Part shown: positions 8,901 through 14,568 of the stretch, one piece after another
How positions within the stretch are numbered: the stretch's first letter is position 1
How the letters are laid out: each line of letters begins with the position of its first letter
Virus record (IMG/VR): IMGVR_UViG_3300027708_000195
Coordinates: 1 to 34,679 of that record
Strand: one strand, 5' to 3'
Length of the DNA stretch: 34,679 nt
Source of the DNA: a virus
Taxonomy: Duplodnaviria > Caudoviricetes
The notes under the pieces: model-generated
Database searches by the model: none
What the model was told of the DNA's origin: nothing
What the model saw: the letters and a program-made list of their open reading frames with translations, nothing else
Program-made: the position numbers and the translations under genes

Positions 8901-11808
8901 AGCCTGTCTTGATGACATGCGTTACAGCTTGAGCGCCAGTTGTGAACTTACTTATTCTTTCGTCGGCGGGTTCTTTGTTGATTGTTGAAGATGCACCAGT
9001 TTCCTCTTCACCAGATTCTTGAGCGGTTAAGCTTTCTTCTTGAGCGGCTAAGTTGGCTTGTACGGCTGAAACTTCGCGTGCGTTGGCTTCTAAAAACTTT
9101 TTGATGCGCTTGCCTTCTGCTGAACCGGCCAACCCAGCATCGCGTAGCTCTTGTTGGTTTTTAAGTAGCTTTGTAACTTCAGTAGTTATCTTTGCACGCG
9201 CAGCAGCCTCATTAGTTTTACCTTCGGCTAACTGCTTAGGCAGTTCCTCAAATAGTTTTGTAATACTAGTAAGCGCACGGCGTGCTCTGCCAATCAAAGC
9301 ATCGGTGGCTTTCTTCTCTACCGCCTTCTTTTCTTTTTCTTCTGCGGCTAACCGAGGACCTTTTGGCCCACGCTTTTTAGCTGGGACTACTTGCGCAGTG
9401 GCGGCAATCTCTGGAGTAACTCTAAACTCAGCGCCTTTTGCTACTGCCCCAACAGATTCGTACTTACTTAAGTCTGCAGTTGGCACATCCACATAGGATA
9501 GATCGCCGCCATATGACTCATTAAATGGGAGCGCAATACCGACTAAAGAATTAGTAAACGATGGGTTTTGACCAACTTCACCGGGACGGTTACCACGCCA
9601 CAAACGAGTCATACCCTCAGGTACAGACGGCACAGCCTTGTTAATGTTGTCGGCTTTTTTAATCAGCGAACGAATACGGGGTGTATCTAGGTAATCTTGC
9701 CCTTCGTAACTTACTGTAGCGGGCTTTGGAGTTTCTCTTCCATTAGCGCTAGTAGCATCCGGTTTAGTAGGAACCACTCTAGGTCGTTCACCTCCTCCAA
9801 CTCCTGTGGCGGTGGGTTCTTTATTGGTTGCGCCAGCCACTTTAGCGCTTGTTCCACTTGGGGCTGCGTTAGGTTGTCCAACATTTGTTTCTCCTTTAGC
9901 TTCACTTTCGGCAAGCGCATCGGCTTCATCTTCGTCTTGTATTTGAGTTTTTGCTGTATCAATAGCTTCTTGAGCGTCTTGCACATAGCCTTCTGACAGT
10001 AACTCCTGCGCTCTGGCTCTGATTCTGTCGTCTTGTGGTTTAGCTGCAAGTTTGGCGGTGTCGCGCTTTTGTTGTTGCTCTTGCGCAGTAATCCTAGCCT
10101 CAGCCATACGACGTGCGTCTTCATCAGGGACGCCTTGTGTCTCGGCAATCTCTGTGGCTAACTGAGCAATCGTAGCTTCCCTTGCTTCTGGTGCTACGGC
10201 AAGTGGTGCTGGCTGTTGTAAGTCTGTGCTTGGGCGCACTTCTCCTAATTCACCTAGGCTAGTATCAGGTGGCGCGGCTTGTTCTTGTTGCTGTTCTTCT
10301 TGTTGTCGCTGGCGCTGTTGCTGATCTTGCGGAGTCAAGAATCCTTTTTGCCTAGCAATTAGTTCAGACAAGCCTTCGTAACTTGAGTCACGTTGATATG
10401 CGCCTTCACGGGGGGCACCAATCTTAGATAGTGCTTCACCTGCTTTTTGAGCGCCTTTAGTAAGGGCAACAGTTCCGCCAGCAGTAACACCCGCCTGTAA
10501 CACTGTTTGGCGTACAGTTTCTTCCATCTGTTTGTAGAAGTCGGCAAGGCTTGGGTTCTTATTGAGGCCAATCTTGGGGGCCATATCAGTAAGGTATTGC
10601 GTAGCAGTGGTAGCTAATTCAGGTGGAATTTCTGTAGCAATAGCTCTGGCTAAATACTTTGGAACACTATCTACACCATACTTAGCAATGTGCGCTTTCA
10701 ACCCTGCAAGGGCTTTAGTCATACCGAAACGCTCAAAGAACACCTCGGCAGTAGCCATAGCCACTGCTCGCGTAGCGGCAGCTTGACCAGATAAACCAGC
10801 GGAACGGCCTTCGCTATAAGAGTCGCCAAATTGTTGGATGGCTGCTTGGGCTAATAAAGGCGCTGAGCCTCCAGTCATTGCAGTCATGGCTATGAATGGC
10901 GCTTGGGAAGCCAAACTAGTCATCGCTCCCTGAGCCGACTTCTCAAAAATACTCTTACCCTGTGGGATAGCACCTTCACGAGCATCCTCAATGCGGCGTG
11001 CACCCATCAAGTCTTTACTGAACTGTTTGTCGCCAGTTAAGTCAGCGTAAGCACTTAATAAACCTAGACCCGATTTTGTATATTGTGAACGAACTCCAGC
11101 ACCAACTCGGTCCAAGAAGTCGGCGTTTTCAAGTTCTTTAGCGCGTTCCGCAGCATAAAACCCAGCTTTTTCTCCAACCACATCGCGTGTCATTTGCTGG
11201 TAATCGCGCTTTAAATTTCCTGTAGACTGCCCCATAGCATCGCGGGTGGCGTCTTCTTCCGATCTACCTTGCTCCATAAAGCGCTGTTTCTGCGCTTCAA
11301 GTCGAGGATCAAATTTAGACAGAGTAGGGCTTACATTTTTATCAAGCGCTTCATACCTACCAGCGACTACTTTAGCCGCGCGGCCATAAACAGTGGGAGA
11401 TTCGGCTAGTTTTGCTAATGCTCCAGCGCGTTCTTCTGCGGGCAGTGCATTAAGGTGTGCTTCTACTGCGCTAACAAACTGAGGGTTTAAAAGTTTATCT
11501 TCCGTAGAGGCAATAGGTGGAAGCGGCGTTTTTTCTAAGACACTTTGTTCTTTTTCTTTTTTAATTTTTAGGTAATCTTCGGCAGTAATAGGCGCACGAA
11601 TACCGCTATTGTCGCGGGATAGCATTGATGAAAACGAATCATCCTTAGCCAACGCAGATGAAAGCCCTAATTTTCTTTCGGCGGGCGCTGGTTTTTCCTC
11701 AGCAGGGGCAGATTGTTTTTCTAGATAACCTAATATCTTGGCTTTAGCCGCAGCAGGGTCTTCGGTAGCCATTTCATACTGCTGGCCTTTGTACTCATAA
11801 ATAGGCAT
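2908..11808 (-). CDS. Giant internal virion / DNA-ejection polyvalent protein (ART-like, zincin HExxH, GHKL ATPase, second HExxH, PLxRFG/LPD39-like C-terminus)
   Basis: 2966 aa with no Cys; last gene of the virion arm. Motifs in order: RLWRG..SFT..AEF; HELLH..REF; KELFQNSFDA, DNGLGM, GGLGVAK, GHGT; HELAHFKARNH; YFPLVREGDY; hydrophobic stretch near the C-terminus. Confidence 0.85.
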   Translation of the reverse strand: MPIYEYKGQQYEMATEDPAAAKAKILGYLEKQSAPAEEKPAPAERKLGLSSALAKDDSFSSMLSRDNSGIRAPITAEDYLKIKKEKEQSVLEKTPLPPIASTEDKLLNPQFVSAVEAHLNALPAEERAGALAKLAESPTVYGRAAKVVAGRYEALDKNVSPTLSKFDPRLEAQKQRFMEQGRSEEDATRDAMGQSTGNLKRDYQQMTRDVVGEKAGFYAAERAKELENADFLDRVGAGVRSQYTKSGLGLLSAYADLTGDKQFSKDLMGARRIEDAREGAIPQGKSIFEKSAQGAMTSLASQAPFIAMTAMTGGSAPLLAQAAIQQFGDSYSEGRSAGLSGQAAATRAVAMATAEVFFERFGMTKALAGLKAHIAKYGVDSVPKYLARAIATEIPPELATTATQYLTDMAPKIGLNKNPSLADFYKQMEETVRQTVLQAGVTAGGTVALTKGAQKAGEALSKIGAPREGAYQRDSSYEGLSELIARQKGFLTPQDQQQRQRQQEEQQQEQAAPPDTSLGELGEVRPSTDLQQPAPLAVAPEAREATIAQLATEIAETQGVPDEDARRMAEARITAQEQQQKRDTAKLAAKPQDDRIRARAQELLSEGYVQDAQEAIDTAKTQIQDEDEADALAESEAKGETNVGQPNAAPSGTSAKVAGATNKEPTATGVGGGERPRVVPTKPDATSANGRETPKPATVSYEGQDYLDTPRIRSLIKKADNINKAVPSVPEGMTRLWRGNRPGEVGQNPSFTNSLVGIALPFNESYGGDLSYVDVPTADLSKYESVGAVAKGAEFRVTPEIAATAQVVPAKKRGPKGPRLAAEEKEKKAVEKKATDALIGRARRALTSITKLFEELPKQLAEGKTNEAAARAKITTEVTKLLKNQQELRDAGLAGSAEGKRIKKFLEANAREVSAVQANLAAQEESLTAQESGEEETGASSTINKEPADERISKFTTGAQAVTHVIKTGSPFQARLAKRLRSFVQGVKFVVLEEGQEIPEQLKTPRNAKAWDRSIALYIENYKTGDRVIYVRGASFGNSQGINNITILHELLHAATNRKLAIAFEYIKKGVYLNTPAVRAAQDLIRIMNSAARTYEDLAKQKKLSMDMVALRYDGDIFNDPREFVSYGLTDPQMQNFLMQAHGYEADMPFFTRFVSALRDLLGMKDTDINALTDLIVATDNILKARVPGVQINGQSVSSMFGFGKGKDTEADSTFSISGETVSAKPSANVQRLAKMLGTKLYGTPEDITTVSVKELFQNSFDAIKEAIENGQVKNGKVAIKLDKDKRTINITDNGLGMPTSVMGNQFLQIAGTVKGTSRASGGLGVAKMLFLFENKKLEVVSLRDGKLSRLITTGDELKAAMAANPATLLEQLKDFLSPEDIQIIAPAIQAAITRMRENGEVVPEIKIETSSDSKEIEKYKNIFPDGHGTSVTVQIPETYVDSSSGDEKDIKFPISAHYYPVLGKSPLFDDIEVTFDRGYGPDKLSLGKNFPIDDFTPFANVNFAWGTARVYVSKKIERNYGDNTHVLSNGLWQFDRTISDRPGFGGKAIQRDFYIDVSPSPDVKPEDAGYPFELNRQGFSKQANSDFEKIFNYITAIYSQLDLAAGIKNFGTVQYVNLDGSLTTAEILEPKTPVSDNAFTLIKPGDSVEVREGILYVNNRKLPELTADDLKNTAVRIDELTIPQKDINPKKVMIHDNTRFEIDDKVLTQQGWDVVVIDNAWVAVKNGKKYTEPGTMEELVAQMEADGAIKTESLSDRAREKFGARYDKYLAEIGQTFQLLRGALVAGGRGEYGDLASQAIGTSIDNEYYGVSIMVPFKGMFINPTTTDMRGSPEEIAISMIGTMIHELAHFKARNHGAEFASEMQRVMTLLKVYPAIDLDQVEKNLTKHVAKNKDIFDFLDKEFRSGNLKPRGNRFKDAGGYQQIENEGSTESVEGTSGAREGWRPSLSQIAGPSDQNAGQIGIGEGLDNEAQEVGEVVRSQKAIEREAQVVGEKFNESVKGYEFGKAATALQMAQDPRKVIPALAALWKRANAAQRRALVAAPTTEFLADWAGNNVPQLKTVSNLLQRMNGMTLQLLRSAGELTNEIERAFRADKTLRAKLDKIAFMSTLMEIDPSNPNAKERSLNLDKMYAELGTDGQRVYKRIKNHFEVLSEYMSRLLDDQITNSKLPIAEQANLMKKIRAIYETGSKISPYFPLVREGDYWLSIGSGKTRKFFMYETEAQRDEAMQQFADERVKKKPNETTEEFEKRRAENLEELIGDQEYNFGNDISTLRRASGNTSVLLRDIFVTIDGASLGDSEAKERLKDAVYQVYLQSMPEQSFRRQFIHRKGTTGFRPDLLRNVAHTSTKMATQLARIKYAPLLRNAISAAQDSIANRPSMQPFVTEMRGRVDSSLSPVKEGVAASIVGGITKASYIYYLGGASSALLQPLSIFQTGLPVLSRYGAFNATRELGTMLKVWQQYGVYKTNKDGTQSWVAPSIEHAKDLTPLERKAIREMLARDVTTSTYASAVFDYKKTPTENLSSPITNFGKGTVDLLVLGGLMHSTERLSREIMFMSSFRLNIKEGKSFEEAVDQATYDTNEALGNYGEYNRPTFMKGLGGKLLTQFMMYPLHVTLFLLKNFKEMIKPMDGRTRVEAVQKFFGTLGTTYILGGYVALPMFSTIMGLLGWAWEALKDKDWPEDLRSMSFEFWFRTVWMPKQLGETEIGGKKLSDILERGPVNALTGLDISGRTSLNNLWLRDTKEAKTIKEEVMNMMLEKSGAGVNMMVSMAEGLSALAHGDTAKGVKKLLPAGFRNFVTANEYWKEGAKDNKGTRILSKDAFTTGQIIGQAVGFRSDLLANTQYVNFKAIGIQQRILNERQALLNNLDREFRNKNMKKFGTYMKDMNEFNRKFPTYQISGDNLSDALEGNAEKRAKALRGFELNEKNMPLLGNALAPSRKAARTAEAKGRVENTREVSGRLERP
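5871..6089 (-). CDS. Putative nested (overprinted, +1 frame) 72-aa helical protein inside the giant gene
   Basis: TAAGGAG (6097-6103) lies 7 nt before a GTG start. The product MEISNL...MKALLSQWKALAEQEKGGDPAYPKSLGLAIRTLDKSASVKDLITKLKKSER is amphipathic-helical, while the host frame here is a low-complexity linker. Confidence 0.55.
   Translation of the reverse strand: MEISNLVETASKTLVGTSKLKMKALLSQWKALAEQEKGGDPAYPKSLGLAIRTLDKSASVKDLITKLKKSER
9711..9884 (-). CDS. Putative nested (overprinted, +1 frame) 57-aa protein inside the giant gene
   Basis: AAGGAG (9891-9896) lies 6 nt before an ATG. Product: MLDNLTQPQVEQALKWLAQPIKNPPPQELEEVNDLEWFLLNRMLLALMEEKLQSPLQ. The host frame here is a disordered G/T/P/A linker. 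Confidence 0.7.
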   Translation of the reverse strand: MLDNLTQPQVEQALKWLAQPIKNPPPQELEEVNDLEWFLLNRMLLALMEEKLQSPLQ

Positions 11809-11816
11809 GGCGCGCC

Positions 11817-14093
11817 TTATCGTTGGTTATCGAGATTGATTATGTTAGAACCTCCACCGCCACCACCCGGTTTTGTTGGGTTTGTAGCAGTTTGACGACT
11901 CCGTATATTAGCAGCAAGTGCGTCTTCTGCTTTAGCCATGCCTTGAGTATCTCCGTTTTCGTACGCCCTTGTCCAATCTGGATCAGAAAACTTAGAACTC
12001 TTAACTACTTTCTCAACCTCAGTGTCCGAAGTTGCAGAGGTACGGAATGTATCAACCGCAGCTTTAAGTTGCGGATCGTTCTTAATTTGTGTTGCAGTTT
12101 TGGCAACAGCAGCAGCTTTAATACGAGCCTCAAACGCTTTCGGTGATTCGCCTTCTTTTGGTTTCTCTCTGTTCAACATGTCTTCAATGTTGAATTTAAG
12201 CGCAGCTTCGTTGAACTTAGGTTCTTTGCCAGCCCCGCCAGCCCCACCTGTGCCAGTCGGTTTAACAGTAGACGCCATACGAGCCGCCAAGTTAGCGACG
12301 TCCATAGCCTTCTTACCGCGAGCGGCTTCTGCGGCATCATTAGATTTGCGTGCTGCGTCTGCTGCGGTACGGGCTTGAGTAAATGCGCCAATGTTTTCTT
12401 TGCGCTCTGCGTCGGCCAAGTTAATTCTCATGCCAATCATTGAGCGTTGGAGGTCTTGGTCGGCTTTAAGGATAGGTGCATAAGCATCGGCAAACTCTCC
12501 GCTGGCTTCGCCTACGCCACGCAAGAAATTGTTACCTTTTAACATACCACGTGCCGCCCTTAAAGCGCTTAGACCTTTACCTTGTGATAAGTTTTCTTTA
12601 CCTTGCTCACCCAGTTTGGTAACTAAATCACCAATGTTGCCGTAGGAACTTGGCCCTGCGGCTTCTCTATACAACGCCATTTCTTTTTTTGTACGGGTAT
12701 CGTATTCGTCATCAGTCATGTATTTGGGTCTTTGCCCAGCCACATTTGCAAGGAGTTGTGGGTATATGTTAGTAAGTGCAGCGTACTGAGTTGGATTACC
12801 TCTAGATGGCAACAACGCACCGAGCCCTTGGGAAGAATCAACAAGTGAGCCTTCTTCACCATCAAAAGCCAATATGCCACCCTTAGCAGCGTTCACAACA
12901 CCATCGGCCATTTGCTGTGGCATAGCGCCAGCGATACCATTTTGTATAGATTTGTTTGTTTCTTGCCCTTGTACTTTTTCTATCTGTTGAGCAATCAACA
13001 TGGCCATTTGCTTGTCACCACGCGCTTGTGCATTTTGAAATGCGTCTTGTAGTTGTTTCAAGCTGAGCGTACCAATAATATCTTCGGTGTTATCCGAACT
13101 TGTTACTGAGTCATCATGAGCGCCGTTATAGCGTTTAACTTCTCCACCATCGGCGTACCCGTAAACTGAACCGCCGTCAGCTTTGTTTAATTGGTTAAGT
13201 CCATACGCAGTCAAGCCCAAAGAACCCGCAGCTTGCAGCCCAGTAGGAGGAGCCTGATACATCTGCGTAGTAGATTGCTGACCCAGTGGTAAACCACGAA
13301 TCATGTCGGACATGAAGCCCAACTGTTTGTATGGATAGTTCTGTTGGTTGGTAAAATCTTGGTACGCAGTATCCAAACCTTTTTGTGCTTGGGCTTGTTG
13401 TTGCGCGCCGTATCCAGCTTGCAACTGATTGATACCCATTTCTTGACCGTACTGGTTTTGACCTAATTGGCCTAAATTGGACGATGCTTGGTTCATCAAA
13501 CCAAAACCTGCAAGTTGATTCTGCAAATTCTGGTTGTATTGCTGTTGAGCGTTATTGAATGCAGTGTTGTAGCCTTGACCGACAATTTGGTTTAGACCCG
13601 TATTACGATTACGTTCATTCTCCGCAGCCATGATTGCTTCACGGGAACCGCCAAACGCACCGGCTTGCGTAGCTGCGCTCTGCTGTTTAGTAGCACCAAT
13701 ATCATACGCACGATTAGCCTCCGCTAACTGAGGAGCCAAGGACATTTGCAAGTAGGGGTTCATGTACCCACCGACTTGGTTTTGGAATCCGTAAGGGTTA
13801 GCCTGACCTGCAACACCTAAACCACCAATGCCAGCCATAGTCGCGCCAGCAGTAGCCTCACCTGTTTGTGGGGCAACTGTCATGCCTTGGGCGTTCTGCA
13901 TAGCCTGCTGCTGCATTGGGGAAAACCCTGCAATACGTGCTTGGTCGTATTGTTGATAGGGGTTTTGGGTGACGTCGGTTAACGCCTGACCTTTAGCCAG
14001 TATGTCTTTAGCATACGGTTTCGCCCATTCGGGCAGTTCTGTACTAGCCTTTTGTTCTGCGGCTGGTTGTTGGCTGTTACCTAAATCAGGCAT
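11817..14093 (-). CDS. Internal virion / DNA-ejection (pilot-like) protein
   Basis: 758 aa, no Cys. Q/G/A-rich N-half with TELPEWAKPY and AGAFGGSR; A-x-G-G motifs; coiled-coil C-half. SD AGGAG 7 nt upstream; lies just before the giant gene. Confidence 0.75.
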   Translation of the reverse strand: MPDLGNSQQPAAEQKASTELPEWAKPYAKDILAKGQALTDVTQNPYQQYDQARIAGFSPMQQQAMQNAQGMTVAPQTGEATAGATMAGIGGLGVAGQANPYGFQNQVGGYMNPYLQMSLAPQLAEANRAYDIGATKQQSAATQAGAFGGSREAIMAAENERNRNTGLNQIVGQGYNTAFNNAQQQYNQNLQNQLAGFGLMNQASSNLGQLGQNQYGQEMGINQLQAGYGAQQQAQAQKGLDTAYQDFTNQQNYPYKQLGFMSDMIRGLPLGQQSTTQMYQAPPTGLQAAGSLGLTAYGLNQLNKADGGSVYGYADGGEVKRYNGAHDDSVTSSDNTEDIIGTLSLKQLQDAFQNAQARGDKQMAMLIAQQIEKVQGQETNKSIQNGIAGAMPQQMADGVVNAAKGGILAFDGEEGSLVDSSQGLGALLPSRGNPTQYAALTNIYPQLLANVAGQRPKYMTDDEYDTRTKKEMALYREAAGPSSYGNIGDLVTKLGEQGKENLSQGKGLSALRAARGMLKGNNFLRGVGEASGEFADAYAPILKADQDLQRSMIGMRINLADAERKENIGAFTQARTAADAARKSNDAAEAARGKKAMDVANLAARMASTVKPTGTGGAGGAGKEPKFNEAALKFNIEDMLNREKPKEGESPKAFEARIKAAAVAKTATQIKNDPQLKAAVDTFRTSATSDTEVEKVVKSSKFSDPDWTRAYENGDTQGMAKAEDALAANIRSRQTATNPTKPGGGGGGSNIINLDNQR

Positions 14094-14568
14094 GGTTATG
14101 CTCCTGTAAGAAATCCGCGAAATCTTCGTGCGCCAGTACAGTACGGGCTTCTAGTGAGATTTCACGCATGTGGCTAAAGCCACCCATTAAGAATGCGACT
14201 GAGCCATATAGCTCAACGCCCATTTGTTTTAACCACCACGCAGCTTGAAGATCACGTTTGACAGGAGATTTCTGCAAGTCGTTTGAGTCTAACCAAGCGT
14301 TTATACAAGTCATCATTATGGGCAACAAGTACCCTTTGTTACGTTCAAAGAACGGATTCTGAGGCATAAAGAACATTAGGTTTAGGAACACTCGATTTAT
14401 GTCGTCACCCTTAACATCTTTGTCCTTATCTACAAGATCGTCCCAAATCTCAACCGCATCCATAACGGTGCTTAGGAATACCAAAGCGTTGCTATCCCCG
14501 CAACAAGCTCTTTCACGTAGCTCGTTTCGTTTCTCCACCCATTCTGGGGCTAAGCGGTTGTCGCTCAT
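14086..14568 (-). CDS. DDxxD-motif all-helical protein, isoprenoid synthase/prenyltransferase-like (half-size)
   Basis: 160 aa. EIWDDLVDKD (14422-14445) ends a hydrophobic helix; a second acidic patch is AWLDSNDLQ. Overlaps both neighbouring genes. Confidence 0.6.
   Translation of the reverse strand: MSDNRLAPEWVEKRNELRERACCGDSNALVFLSTVMDAVEIWDDLVDKDKDVKGDDINRVFLNLMFFMPQNPFFERNKGYLLPIMMTCINAWLDSNDLQKSPVKRDLQAAWWLKQMGVELYGSVAFLMGGFSHMREISLEARTVLAHEDFADFLQEHNHA

Noticed and set aside
8589-8918. Same-strand alternative-frame ORF of 109 aa (likewise 10359-10571 and 12173-12391)
   Set aside because: No convincing SD, shadow-like composition, and overlap with structured parts of the main protein.
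9885-10148. N-terminal 88 aa of the 145-aa ORF 9711-10148
   Set aside because: Reads as a +1 shadow of a structured main frame; the strong SD points to the internal ATG at 9884.
10270-10335. Gln-rich tract QDQQQRQRQQEEQQQEQ
   Set aside because: Ordinary low-complexity linker with mixed codons, not a slippage microsatellite.
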